In this document: piece by piece, positions 8,495 through 18,519 of the stretch
Numbering within the stretch: the stretch's first letter is position 1
Layout: every line of letters begins with the position of its first letter
Assembly: GCA_035285125.1 (NCBI GenBank)
Contig: JAYKHR010000145.1
Location: 14,653-78,652 of the forward strand
From: Candidatus Sericytochromatia bacterium
GTDB taxonomy: Bacteria > Cyanobacteriota > Sericytochromatia > S15B-MN24 > JAQBPE01
Length of the DNA stretch: 64,000 nt
Reading direction: 5' to 3'
Program-made: the position numbers and the translations under genes
Notes under the pieces: generated by a model
The model's database searches: none
What the model saw: only the letters and a program-made list of their open reading frames with translations
What the model was told of the DNA's origin: nothing

Positions 8495-9523
8495 GTGACG
8501 CCCACCTTCATCCCCGTGCTGCCCCAGGCCGACGCCCAGACCTTCCTCTCCGAACTCGGCCCGCGGGGCCCCCGGCCGCGCAGCTGGCGCACCGGCCGCA
8601 CGCGCGTGGAGGTGCCACTCGCGGACGGCGACCACCTGCTCGCGTGGCTGCACGCGCTCCCGGGCGTGGCGCCAGCCGACGCCCCCCTCGTGATCCATTT
8701 TCACGGCCTGGGCTCTCACGCGGACACGGGCACCCAGCTCGGGCTCAGCGCCAAGGCCCACGCCGCGGGGCTACACAGCCTGCGCGTGAACTGGCGGGGG
8801 GCCGGGGGGTCCGAGGCCCTCGGCACCGGCATCGCCTCCGGCATCGGGTGGCAGGACGTGGCCGACGTGGTGGCCCACGCACGCCGGCTCGGCCACGGGC
8901 GCATTTACTTGACGGGGCTCTCCCTCGGCGGCGCGATCCTGCTCAACGCGCTGGCGCGCTGCGAGCCCCGGCTGGTGGTTGCGGGCGCGGTGTGCATCTC
9001 CCCCCCGATGAACTTCGGCGCGGCAGCCCGCTCGCTGACCACCCGCCGCAACCGCTTCTACGATGCCCGCTTTGTGTGGCTGCTGACGCGGGCCATTCGG
9101 CGCTACGTCCCCCGAGGCAAGGGCGGCGAGCGCCTGCGGCCCTACCTGCCCAAGCTGTCAGGCCTGCGCAGCGTCTACGAGTTCGACGACACCGTGACGG
9201 CGCCCGCCCTCGGCCTGCCGGACGCCGACACCTACCACGCAGCAGCCAGCCCGGGCCCCCACCTCGCCGCCATCACCGTGCCCACGTGGGTGCTGACGGC
9301 GGCAGATGACCCTTTCGTCCCCGTGGCTGGCCAGCGCCCGCCGCTCGAGGCCCTGCCACCGGGCTCCCCCGTCTCGTGGACCATCACGGACCACGGGGGC
9401 CACGTGGGCTTCTTCGGGCGGCGCGAGCACCCCGCGCACCCCTGGGAGGACGCGCACTGGGCCGAGAACGCGGCGATCCGTTGGATCCTGGCCCAGGAGG
9501 CCGCAGCCCCAACCGCGCCGTAG
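8495..9523 (+). CDS. YheT-like alpha/beta hydrolase
   Basis: FHGLGS, GLSLGG nucleophile elbow, DDPFV, GGHVGFF. Confidence 0.85.
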   Translation: MTPTFIPVLPQADAQTFLSELGPRGPRPRSWRTGRTRVEVPLADGDHLLAWLHALPGVAPADAPLVIHFHGLGSHADTGTQLGLSAKAHAAGLHSLRVNWRGAGGSEALGTGIASGIGWQDVADVVAHARRLGHGRIYLTGLSLGGAILLNALARCEPRLVVAGAVCISPPMNFGAAARSLTTRRNRFYDARFVWLLTRAIRRYVPRGKGGERLRPYLPKLSGLRSVYEFDDTVTAPALGLPDADTYHAAASPGPHLAAITVPTWVLTAADDPFVPVAGQRPPLEALPPGSPVSWTITDHGGHVGFFGRREHPAHPWEDAHWAENAAIRWILAQEAAAPTAP

Positions 9524-9577
9524 CGACGGGGCACCGGGCAGGCACCGCGCGCTGACCACCGGCCAGGCGGCGGGCCC

Positions 9578-10096
9578 TCAGCGCCGCCGACCCGCCAGGG
9601 CCTCCAGCCAGCCCAGCGCCTTGCCCACGCCCTGGTCGACCAGCTGGCGCGCCTGGCGCCTGCGGCGCCACCACAGAAAGTCGCGCTCCAGCACGTCCGG
9701 GTCCGGCCAGCGCAGGCGGGTCCAGCTCCAGGCCAGGCGCACGGCCCAGACCAGGCCAAGCACCCCGCTCGCCACGGCGTCGGAGGTGAGCAGCGCCTCG
9801 CCGGCCACGAGCAGCGGCATCACCAGGGCAAACCGGCGCATCGCGGCGTGAAACGGGGCCCAGCGGGAGGCCTCGAAGGCGGCCCGGTCGGCCGCGACGG
9901 CCTCGGACTCCAGCTGCCGCGCCCGGGCCGCCTCGACCCGGGCGAGCGCGGCCTCGAGCTCGGCTGGCCCGATGTCGAGCTCAGCGGCGATGCGCGCGAG
10001 GTCCTCAGGCCTCGGGTCCGGCTCCCCCTTGAGACGCCGCTCGTAGTGTTCGAAGATCGCCGCGTAGGCGGAGTCTTGGCCTTCCTGCCCGGGCAT
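9578..10096 (-). CDS. two-TM membrane protein
   Basis: GGGAGG RBS; GGGTACAAT -10 at 10118-10126; two hydrophobic segments. Confidence 0.65.
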   Translation of the reverse strand: MPGQEGQDSAYAAIFEHYERRLKGEPDPRPEDLARIAAELDIGPAELEAALARVEAARARQLESEAVAADRAAFEASRWAPFHAAMRRFALVMPLLVAGEALLTSDAVASGVLGLVWAVRLAWSWTRLRWPDPDVLERDFLWWRRRRQARQLVDQGVGKALGWLEALAGRRR

Positions 10097-10233
10097 TGCG
10101 CGCCTCCCGATGCGGCCATTGTACCCGGCTGCCCGCCCCGCGAGGCGAGAGGCAACGGCCCCCATCACAGACGCAGGCCACCACCGCTGCCAGGCTCGAA
10201 GGGCCCGTCGACCCGCCCCGCCTCAAGGTCTCC

Positions 10234-11769
10234 ATGGCACGCCTGTCCACCGCCTGCGCCTTCACGGCGTGTCTGGCCCTGTACCTCCTCGACGTCCTGT
10301 ATGGCCCCTGGACCGGGGACGGAGGCTACCAGCTCGCCCAGGGGGCCATCGTGGCTGCGGGTTCCCTGCCGTACATGCACTTCGAGCCGTTCTACACCCC
10401 CTTGCCGATGCTGCTGCACGCGGTGCCGATGGCAGCCGGGGTGCCGCCCTGGTGGCTGGTCTGGGGCTTGCCCTTGGCCTGGGTGGCGGCGATCGGGGCG
10501 CTCAGCGCAGCCGCCCTGCGCCAGGACCTGCCCCGCCTCGCCGGGTGGGGGCTCGGCCTGGCCGCAGGCGGCTATGCGCTGCTGTGCCTCGACTACGCTG
10601 GCAACCACCTCACGGGTGAGCATGGCGTGGTCGCGTTCGGGCTTGCGGCCCTCGTGGCCTTCCGCGCCGGCGAGGCAGGCCGCTCTCGCCGGTTCTTCTG
10701 GGCGGGCCTCCTGGCTGCCTGCGCCTTCTGGTCGAAGCAGTCAGGCGCCCTCGTGGTGCTGCCCTTCTTGACCCAGCTGAGAAGCCGTCAGGACCTGGCG
10801 GCGCTGGCGCTGGGCTGGCTCACCCCTGGCCTCGCCGTGGCGCTGAGCCTCGGGGTGGAGCCTGCGCGCCTCGCCCGCAGCCTGGGGATCGTGGGGACGT
10901 ACGCGCAGCAGTTCGAGGCCCCCAAGGCAACCCCGCCCCTGACCGCTCAGCTGGCCGACCTCGTGGCCCGCAGCTGGCACCTCCTGCGCTGGGAGGTACA
11001 CCGCACGCCACCGGGTGCCCTGCTGCTGCTGGTCGGGGCCGTGGCGGCCTGCTTCGGCCTGGCCCGCACCCCCACCTGGCGCGAGCGTGCGTGGCTGGGC
11101 ACCTGGGCCGGCGTGGCGGCCGCCCACCTGGTCAGCCGCCTGCTGGTGGATGCCCACCACTACGTGCTGAACGCGTGGCCGTCGCTGGTCGTCATCGCCG
11201 GTGCCGCGGGCCAGCTGGTGCCGCCCCGGCTCGTGCGGGCCGTGGCCGTGGCCTGGCTCGGCGCCAGCACGGTGCTGGTCGTGGCCTACCGCCACCAGCA
11301 GCCGATCTGGCTGCACCGCTGGGAGGACCGCAGCCCGCTGGCCGGCGACCTTCGCCGTGTGGCGGCCGAGCTTGCCGCCGCGTTGCCCGAGGACCGCTGG
11401 CTCTACAGCGCGGAGAACAACCGCGTGATCCCGTTCCTGGCAGGCAAGGTGCCCGTCAACGCGTCGTGGATCCACTGGACCGAGGACTTCGACCGCCTCG
11501 AGGCCGTTCCCACCCCCGCCCGGGGTGCCCACCCCGTCCCGGTTCTGCTGGACGCCAACCTGTTCTCGACGCGAAAGCTGCGCGCCGACCTGACGCTCTC
11601 GCCAGGCTGGACCCTGGCGCGGACCTGGCACCCGCCCGGCCAGCGGCTAGAGCTGTGGGTGCCCCTCGAGCATGGCGACCGCGGCCTGCGTGCCACACCG
11701 GATGGCGTAGTTGACGCCCCGATCCTCGGGGAAGATGTGGGTCATGTTGGCCAGAAAGACGCCCGGTAG
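10234..11769 (+). CDS. polytopic membrane GT-C (ArnT/PMT-like) glycosyltransferase
   Basis: Many TM segments; TGDGGYQL, AGLLAACAFWSKQSG motifs; 3' end overlaps the convergent gene by 123 bp. Confidence 0.65.
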   Translation: MARLSTACAFTACLALYLLDVLYGPWTGDGGYQLAQGAIVAAGSLPYMHFEPFYTPLPMLLHAVPMAAGVPPWWLVWGLPLAWVAAIGALSAAALRQDLPRLAGWGLGLAAGGYALLCLDYAGNHLTGEHGVVAFGLAALVAFRAGEAGRSRRFFWAGLLAACAFWSKQSGALVVLPFLTQLRSRQDLAALALGWLTPGLAVALSLGVEPARLARSLGIVGTYAQQFEAPKATPPLTAQLADLVARSWHLLRWEVHRTPPGALLLLVGAVAACFGLARTPTWRERAWLGTWAGVAAAHLVSRLLVDAHHYVLNAWPSLVVIAGAAGQLVPPRLVRAVAVAWLGASTVLVVAYRHQQPIWLHRWEDRSPLAGDLRRVAAELAAALPEDRWLYSAENNRVIPFLAGKVPVNASWIHWTEDFDRLEAVPTPARGAHPVPVLLDANLFSTRKLRADLTLSPGWTLARTWHPPGQRLELWVPLEHGDRGLRATPDGVVDAPILGEDVGHVGQKDAR

Positions 11770-12954
11770 CGGCGTCTCGAAGCCAGGCCGGCGGTGCCCG
11801 TAGCCGACGCGCACCACGGGCTGCGCGTGGCGCGCGCGCGCCACATGGGCCTCCTCGATGTCGGCCAGCGTGAAGCCCGGTCGGACCCGCGCGAGGCCCT
11901 CCACCCACCGCGCGAGCACGGCGTCGTCCGACAACCCGAACACCGGCTCCTCTGCGTCGAGGTAGTTCGACACGTAGAGCACGTGGCGGCCCCCATAGCC
12001 AGGGTCTCGGACCAGGTTCGTGTGCTCGATGAGGCCCCCGAAGGGCATGCCTGCGTCGCCCACGTTGAGCCAGTAGTAACGGCTGAACGACCGCCGCAGG
12101 GTCAAGGTGCCGCACAGCACGCCCGTGTGGGCGATGCCGGCGCAACGCTCGGCGAAGGGTGCCGGCAGGTCCGGCAGCAGGCGGGGCACCAGCGGCATCG
12201 GCACCGTCACCAGCACGCGGTCGAAGGCCTCATCCAGGCCGGGGCCCAGCAGGCGCACGCCCCCCTCGGCCTCGGGCCGGATGGCCGCCACCTCAGAGCC
12301 GAGCCGCAGCGTCAGCCCGGAGGCCAGCAGGTGCTCCCGCAGCCGCCGACCGACCTGCCCGAAGCTGCCTCGGACGTAGCCCAACCGCTCCCGCTGCCCG
12401 CTGCGGTTGCCGCCCCGCAGGCGGATCTTGCCCCAGAGCCAGGCCATCGAGATCTCCCCGGCGGCGGCCCCGAACTTGGCCTCCAGCAGCGGCTGCCAGC
12501 ACGTCTCGTACACACGCCCCCCGACGTGGCGGGCGAACCAGTCGCGCACCGAGACGTCATCGAGCGCCTCCCACCCGGCGTGCCGCGCCAGGCGGAGGAT
12601 GGAGAGCCCGAAGCGCACGCGGTCCACCGGCGCCAGCGGCGCGAAGCGGAGCAGGCTGAGGGGCGTGCCGAACGGGTGAAGGCGCCCGCCCAGGAAGTAC
12701 CCCATCTCGCCCTCGAGCCACTGCAGCTCGGACGCCAGCCCGAGCTCCTCGATGAGGGCGATCAGGTCGACGTCCGACTGAAAGGCGTGGTGGTAGAAGT
12801 GCTCGAGCCAGGTGTCGCCGAAGGGGCGGCAGCCCGCCAACCCCTCGGGGGCGGTGGCCCGCTCGACCAGCGTGACCCGCTGCCCGGCGGCCAGCAACCG
12901 CCGGGCAGCGGCCAGCCCGGTGTAGCCGCCGCCGACGATCGCGACGCTCAGCAC
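11647..12954 (-). CDS. FAD-dependent oxidoreductase (amine oxidase/protoporphyrinogen oxidase-like)
   Basis: VAIVGGGYTGLAAA dinucleotide motif, LEHFYHH, IFPEDRGVNYA. Confidence 0.85.
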   Translation of the reverse strand: MLSVAIVGGGYTGLAAARRLLAAGQRVTLVERATAPEGLAGCRPFGDTWLEHFYHHAFQSDVDLIALIEELGLASELQWLEGEMGYFLGGRLHPFGTPLSLLRFAPLAPVDRVRFGLSILRLARHAGWEALDDVSVRDWFARHVGGRVYETCWQPLLEAKFGAAAGEISMAWLWGKIRLRGGNRSGQRERLGYVRGSFGQVGRRLREHLLASGLTLRLGSEVAAIRPEAEGGVRLLGPGLDEAFDRVLVTVPMPLVPRLLPDLPAPFAERCAGIAHTGVLCGTLTLRRSFSRYYWLNVGDAGMPFGGLIEHTNLVRDPGYGGRHVLYVSNYLDAEEPVFGLSDDAVLARWVEGLARVRPGFTLADIEEAHVARARHAQPVVRVGYGHRRPGFETPLPGVFLANMTHIFPEDRGVNYAIRCGTQAAVAMLEGHPQL

Positions 12955-12974
12955 GGCGCGCCCGCGCCGGGCAC

Positions 12975-14792
12975 CTAGCCCCCGAGCAGCCGGTGGCTGC
13001 GGGAGATGAAGCGCGTCAGCTCTTCACCCTTCAGGCCCTCGTGGGCGAGGCGGGCAAGGTCGTGCACGTGCTCGGCCAGATCCTGGGCCTTCGCCGGGTC
13101 CTCGGTGCCGAGCAGACGCTGCACCACCGGGCTGTTGGCGTTGAGCACCAGGGTCTTGCGGGTGGGCAGGTCGAGGCGGTCCTTCCACATCGCAGACATG
13201 TCCGACATGCGCCGCTCCATCTCGCCCTGCGTGATGAGGCCCGAGATGTCTTCCGACTTGAGGCGCTGCACCTCGATGGCGACACCGCGCTCCTTGAGCA
13301 GGCGCTCGGCGGCCTCCTTGATCTTCTCGTCCTGGGTCTTGCCGTCCGCGTCCACGACCTGGGCCGCGCCCTTGTCCACGAGCTGGTCCGAGAGCCCCGC
13401 GTCGACGCGCTTCCACTTCACCTCGCGGCGCTTGGTCTCGAGCAGGTGGATGAAGTGCACGTCGAGCGGGCCGTGCGTGTACAGGGCCTCGAGGCCCTGC
13501 TCCTTGAAGAGCGTGACGTAGGTGGTCTGGGCCTCCCCCGCCTCGGCATAGTAGACGGTGTTCTCCGCCTGCTCCTTGTTGCGCGCGAGGTACTCCTCGA
13601 CGGTGGTAAAGCCGCCCTGGGTCGACTCGAAGAGCACGGCCTCGCTGGCGGCCTCGTGGAACTTCTCGTCCTCGAGCATGCCGAACTTCACGAAGGGGTG
13701 GATGTCGTTCCAGTAGCCCTCGTACTGCTCCCGCTGGGAGCGATACAGCTGAACGAGGCGGTCTGCGACCTTCTTGGTGATGTGGCCGGCGATCTTCTTG
13801 ACGTAGGGATCGTTCTGCAGCATCGACCGGCTCACGTTGAGCGGGATGTCCGGGCAGTCGATCATCCCCTTGAGCACCATCAGGAACCGGGGGATGACGT
13901 CCTGGACGTTCTCCGTCACGAAGACGTTGTTGCAGTAGAGCTGCACCTGGCCCTTGGCGCCGTCGAACTCGTGCTTGAAGCGCGGGAAGAACAGCACGCC
14001 CTGCAGGCGGAAGGGGTAGTCGACGTTCAGGTGGATCCAGAACAGGGGCTCCTCCTCGAACGGGTAGGCGGCCCGGTAGAACGCCAGGTAGTCCTCGTCC
14101 TTCAGGCTCGCGGGCGCCTGGGTCCAGATCGGCGCGCTGCCGTTGATGTGGGCGCCGTCCAGGAGGATGGAGACGGGCAGGTACTTCGCGTACTTCTCCA
14201 GCACGTGGCGGACGCGCACCGCGTCCAGGAACTCGGTGCTCTCCGCGTTCAGGTGCAGCACGATGGCCGTGCCACGCTCGGCCCTGTCATGGGCGCCGAG
14301 CGTGAACTCCAGGCCGCCCTCGCTCACCCAGTGGCAGGCCTCGGCGTCGGCCTTGTAGCTGCGGGTGAAGATCTCGACCTTGTCGGCGACCATGAAGGCG
14401 GAGTAGAAGCCGAGGCCGAAGTGGCCGATGATCGCGTTCTGCTCGGCGTTGACCTCGTAGCGCTTGACGAAGTCCTGGGCGCCGGAGAAGGCCACGGTGT
14501 TGATGTACTGCCGCACCTCGTCGGCCGTCATGCCGATGCCGTTGTCGGAGATCGTGAGGGTCTTGGCGTCCTTGTCGAGCGTCACCTCGACGCGGAACTC
14601 GCCGAGCTCCCCGAGCCCCTCGACCAGGGCGACGTGCTTCAGCTTCGACACGGCGTCGACCGCGTTGCTGACCAGCTCGCGCAGGAAGATCTCGTGGTCG
14701 GAGTAGAGCCACTTCTTGATGATGGGGAGGAGGTTCTCGGCGTGGATCGAAAGCTGGCCACGCTCGGCCGTGGCGGCGGTGTCGACGGACAT
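12975..14792 (-). CDS. htpG: molecular chaperone HtpG (Hsp90)
   Basis: LYSDHEIFLRELVSNAVDA, DNGIGMT, IGHFGLGFYSAFMVA, PLNVSRSMLQ. Confidence 0.97.
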   Translation of the reverse strand: MSVDTAATAERGQLSIHAENLLPIIKKWLYSDHEIFLRELVSNAVDAVSKLKHVALVEGLGELGEFRVEVTLDKDAKTLTISDNGIGMTADEVRQYINTVAFSGAQDFVKRYEVNAEQNAIIGHFGLGFYSAFMVADKVEIFTRSYKADAEACHWVSEGGLEFTLGAHDRAERGTAIVLHLNAESTEFLDAVRVRHVLEKYAKYLPVSILLDGAHINGSAPIWTQAPASLKDEDYLAFYRAAYPFEEEPLFWIHLNVDYPFRLQGVLFFPRFKHEFDGAKGQVQLYCNNVFVTENVQDVIPRFLMVLKGMIDCPDIPLNVSRSMLQNDPYVKKIAGHITKKVADRLVQLYRSQREQYEGYWNDIHPFVKFGMLEDEKFHEAASEAVLFESTQGGFTTVEEYLARNKEQAENTVYYAEAGEAQTTYVTLFKEQGLEALYTHGPLDVHFIHLLETKRREVKWKRVDAGLSDQLVDKGAAQVVDADGKTQDEKIKEAAERLLKERGVAIEVQRLKSEDISGLITQGEMERRMSDMSAMWKDRLDLPTRKTLVLNANSPVVQRLLGTEDPAKAQDLAEHVHDLARLAHEGLKGEELTRFISRSHRLLGG

Positions 14793-14866
14793 GGGACGCA
14801 GGGGCTCCGGGGTCGGGCAGGCGCGAGGCGCCGGCCAGGCGGGTCTCAACGCCATGGTTCATATCG

Positions 14867-14889
14867 ACTTGACAATGGTTTTGTCAAGT
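14867..14889. promoter_or_regulatory. perfect inverted repeat (operator and/or back-to-back -35 boxes) between htpG and the kinase gene
   Basis: ACTTGACAA-TGGTT-TTGTCAAGT in an AT-rich patch. Confidence 0.65.
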
Positions 14890-14979
14890 ATCATCCTCGC
14901 GGCGCGATAAAGGGCCGGGCTCAGGGCCCGGCTGCCGCCACCGGACCGGTCGAGCGGCCGGCTTCCGGGTAAAACCCTC

Positions 14980-17900
14980 ATGATGGAAGACCTGCCACGG
15001 CCCTTCACGGCGCGCTACCGCCTCCTGAACGCCCTCGGGGAGGGGGCAATGGGGATGGTCTACCGCGCGTCGGACCTGCTGCGGGAGCGCAAGGAGTGCG
15101 CCCTCAAGGTGCTCAAGCCGGCGGGCGACGGCGCGGACGCGGCCCGCCGGCGCTTCCGCGCCGAGTTCCACGCGATGGCGTGGCTCAACCACCCCAACAC
15201 GGTGCACGTCTACGAGTACGGCGAGCTGCCCGACGGCACCGTGTTCATCGTGATGGAGATGGTGCCGGGGCAGTCGCTCTCGGACGTCATCGGCGATCGG
15301 CCCGTGCCGCTCGCGACCTTCTACCCCCTGCTGATCCAGCTGCTGCAGGCCCTCGACTACATCCATGCCCGCCGCTACCTGCACCGAGACATCAAGGCCG
15401 AGAACATCCGCGTGCGCCCGGACGGCCTGCTGAAGCTGATGGACTTCGGGCTGATGGGCCGGATCGGCCAGGTGCCGCTCGAGGGGCTGTGCGGCACGCT
15501 CCACTACATGGCCCCGGAGCTGCTGCGCGACGGCGGCTGGACACCCGCCACGGACCTGTACGCGGTGGGCTGCCTGGCCTACGAGATGCTCACGGGCCGG
15601 CTCCCCTTCCTGGGCGAGGCCTCCGCCGTGGCGCGGGGCCACCTTGAGGCGGAGCCGACCTCGCTGCGAACCCTCCGGCCCGACGCGGCCGTCGGGCTGA
15701 TCAAGCTGGTAGAGCGCCTGCTGGCCAAGGACCCGGCCCGGCGCCCCCACACGGCCGGTGATGCCCTCAACGACCTCGCCGCCATCACGGGCATCGCCCT
15801 CACGCGCGAGACGCGTGACCAGCAGCTGAGCTTCCTGGAGACCAGCGGGCTGGTGGGCCGGGAGGCCGAGCTCGAGCAGCTCGACGGCGTGCTCCGGCAG
15901 GCCCTGCACGGCACCGGCACGACGGTGATGCTGGGAGCCCCCTCGGGGCTTGGCAAGTCCCGCCTGCTGCAGGAGCTCGAGGTGCGCGCGCAACTGCAGG
16001 GCTTCGTCGTGCTGCGCGGGCGCTGCCTCGGCGAGGAGCAGGCGCCCTGGGAGCCGATCCGTACGGCCCTGCGGGGGGCCCTCGCGCACGGCTCGCAAGA
16101 GGTCCGGGATCGCCACCAGCCCGCCATCCGGGCACTCTACCCCGAGCTGGCGGGCTCTGGCGTCACGGTGCTCACGCCGGTGCAGACCGACGACCTGGTC
16201 GCCTGGCTGGAGGAGCTTTCCGGCACCCACCCCCTGCTGCTCGTGCTTGACGACATTCAGCTGGCCGACCCGCAGACCCTCGGCATGTTCAACGCGGCCG
16301 CGCGCCGCCTGCGGGGCCTGAACGTGCTGTGTGTCGCGACCTTCCCCGACGACGAGACGCCGGCGGGCAGCCCCGTGTGGCAGCTGCTGGAGGAGGGCGT
16401 CGCGACGCCCATGCGCCTGACGCCCCTGGACCGCAACGGCCAGGCAGCGCTCGTGGCGGCGATGCTGCCTGGCACCCGCGTGCCGGAGGCCTTCACCGAC
16501 GCCCTGTACCGGGCGACGGGCGGCAACCCGCTGTTCACCAAGGAGGCCCTCAAATCGCTGGTCGAGGATGGCCACCTCACGCGCCAGGGTGGGGCCTGGC
16601 GCTTCCCGGCCGACCTGGTGGTGCTTGGCGATCTGGAGCGCGTCGAGGAGACCATCCGACGGCGCCTGGGGCACCTGGGTCCCGAGGCCCTGCAGCTGCT
16701 CCAGGCCGCAGCCGTGCTCGGCCACCAGTGGACGCTGCCCACCCTGGCCTTCGTGGCCGAGGCGGACGAGGATCAGCTCTTCGCCGGGCTCGTGGACCTC
16801 ACGGCGCGGCAGCTCCTCGCGCTGGACATGGCCGGCCACTACGGGTTCTTGCACGACCGGGTGCGGGAGGTCGCCTATGCCGACATCCCCCCGGCGCTGC
16901 GCAAGGAGATGCACATGCGGGCCGCGGAGCGGCTCGAGCTCGAGCACGCGACGACGCCGATGCTGGCTGCCGGCGAGCTCGCCCGTCACCACTTGCGCAG
17001 CGACGAGCCTGCCAACGCCTACCCCTGGCTGCTGCTGGCCGGCGAGCAGGCCGAGCAGGCGGGCACGACGTACGTCGCGCTGGAGCACCTCCGCGACGCC
17101 GAGTCTGCCCTGGCCGACCTGCGGGGAGACCGCACCGCGGAGCGCCTGGCGCTCTGGCTGCGGATTGGGACCCTGGCCGTGGACCTCTCCCCTGGCGTCG
17201 CCGCCGAGATGCTGGATCGGGCGGCGGGCGCCCTGGAGGCCGAGCCGGGCCGCGCGCTGCCGCTTCTGCGCAAGCAGGGCCTGGAGGAGCAGGACCTGCT
17301 GGCGCTGCACGCGCGCGCGCTGGGCACCCTGGGCGAGTCCCGAGAGGCCCTGCGGCTCGCCGAGCGCATGGCGAGCCCCCAGCCAGAGGGCCTGCAGGCC
17401 GACCGTCCGCTGGTGGACCTGGCGCGCTTCGGGCCCTTGCTGGTCTCGGGCCGCATCCCGGAGCTGGTGGAGACGGCGCGTCGCACGGCCAGGCTGGTGG
17501 GGGGGCGGCTCCCGCCGTACTCGTCGCCCATGCTGGCGACAGCCTGGCGAGAGGCGCTCTTGATGCAGAACGCGGTGGCCTTCCAGGGGGAGCGGCCGAG
17601 CCCGGTGCTGCGCGAGCAGGCGCTGGCGCTGGCCCAGGAGGCCGGTGACGAGGACGCCCTGGCGCCGTGGACCAGCCTGGGGCTCTGGGCGGCCTGGTCC
17701 GGCCACCCTGAGGAGGCCGAGGCCGTCATCGAGCGCACCATGCGCAAGACCCGGCGGATCGGGGCCCCGCCGAGCGTGTGGGTGCTGTACCTCCGGCCCT
17801 ACATGCGCTGGCAGCAAGGCGAGCTGCGCCCGGCCCTCGAGCAGCTGGAACGGAGCCTGATCGCCCACCCTCAGTGGCGTGAGCACGCCGTCCCCTTCAG

Positions 17901-18498
17901 CCTGGGGCTGGCGCTCCGGGGGCAGCTGCTCGCTGACCTCGGACGCATCGGCGAGGCCCAGCAGGCGCTGGTCGAGATGGTGGAGCAGGCCCGCAGCCGG
18001 GATCACGGGCTGGCGATCATGCACGGGCTTTGCACGCTCGGCCATGCGCTCATCGGGGGGGGGCGCCTCACCGAGGCGGGCTTCGTCTTCCTGACGGCCC
18101 GGGAGATGGCCACGGGAGAGACCTACCGCAACCCCATGATCGAAGCCCTGACGGCGCTGGGGCTGGGACGCTGCGCCTGCGTGCTCGGAGACCCGCGCGG
18201 CGTCGCCCTGCTGGATGAGGCCCTCACCATCGCCTGCCGCCCCGAGCTCGACAACCGCTTCGTGCAGGCCCACGCCCAGAGGGAGCGCGGCAAGGCCCTC
18301 GCAGCGCTCGGCGAGCAGCCCCGCGCGATGCTGGCCTATACCGAGGCCGGGCGACTGTTTCACGGGATGCGCAACGGCCACTGGCTGCACATCGTGAACG
18401 TCGAACTCGCCGCGCTGCGGCAGGCCCCGGCCGCCGGCTCGGCGGCGGGCGACACCACATTGGAAGCCCGCTACGAGCGCTTCAAGCGCCTGATCTGA
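14980..18498 (+). CDS. Ser/Thr kinase - STAND (AAA_16-like) ATPase - TPR protein, paralog 1
   Basis: GEGAMG, HRDIKAEN, DFG, YMAPE; LVGREAE, Walker A GAPSGLGKS, Walker B LLVLDD, TGGNPLF. Confidence 0.92.
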   Translation: MMEDLPRPFTARYRLLNALGEGAMGMVYRASDLLRERKECALKVLKPAGDGADAARRRFRAEFHAMAWLNHPNTVHVYEYGELPDGTVFIVMEMVPGQSLSDVIGDRPVPLATFYPLLIQLLQALDYIHARRYLHRDIKAENIRVRPDGLLKLMDFGLMGRIGQVPLEGLCGTLHYMAPELLRDGGWTPATDLYAVGCLAYEMLTGRLPFLGEASAVARGHLEAEPTSLRTLRPDAAVGLIKLVERLLAKDPARRPHTAGDALNDLAAITGIALTRETRDQQLSFLETSGLVGREAELEQLDGVLRQALHGTGTTVMLGAPSGLGKSRLLQELEVRAQLQGFVVLRGRCLGEEQAPWEPIRTALRGALAHGSQEVRDRHQPAIRALYPELAGSGVTVLTPVQTDDLVAWLEELSGTHPLLLVLDDIQLADPQTLGMFNAAARRLRGLNVLCVATFPDDETPAGSPVWQLLEEGVATPMRLTPLDRNGQAALVAAMLPGTRVPEAFTDALYRATGGNPLFTKEALKSLVEDGHLTRQGGAWRFPADLVVLGDLERVEETIRRRLGHLGPEALQLLQAAAVLGHQWTLPTLAFVAEADEDQLFAGLVDLTARQLLALDMAGHYGFLHDRVREVAYADIPPALRKEMHMRAAERLELEHATTPMLAAGELARHHLRSDEPANAYPWLLLAGEQAEQAGTTYVALEHLRDAESALADLRGDRTAERLALWLRIGTLAVDLSPGVAAEMLDRAAGALEAEPGRALPLLRKQGLEEQDLLALHARALGTLGESREALRLAERMASPQPEGLQADRPLVDLARFGPLLVSGRIPELVETARRTARLVGGRLPPYSSPMLATAWREALLMQNAVAFQGERPSPVLREQALALAQEAGDEDALAPWTSLGLWAAWSGHPEEAEAVIERTMRKTRRIGAPPSVWVLYLRPYMRWQQGELRPALEQLERSLIAHPQWREHAVPFSLGLALRGQLLADLGRIGEAQQALVEMVEQARSRDHGLAIMHGLCTLGHALIGGGRLTEAGFVFLTAREMATGETYRNPMIEALTALGLGRCACVLGDPRGVALLDEALTIACRPELDNRFVQAHAQRERGKALAALGEQPRAMLAYTEAGRLFHGMRNGHWLHIVNVELAALRQAPAAGSAAGDTTLEARYERFKRLI

Positions 18499-18519
18499 CG
18501 GCGGGGTATACGGTCCTAG

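Noticed and set aside
12993-14972. 659-aa ORF antisense to htpG
   Set aside because: Typical stop-free antisense frame of a high-GC3 gene; no motifs
14884-18390. 1168-aa minus-strand ORF (likewise 25983..28997, 30908..34300, 56035..58413)
   Set aside because: Antisense shadows of motif-supported genes in a GC-rich genome
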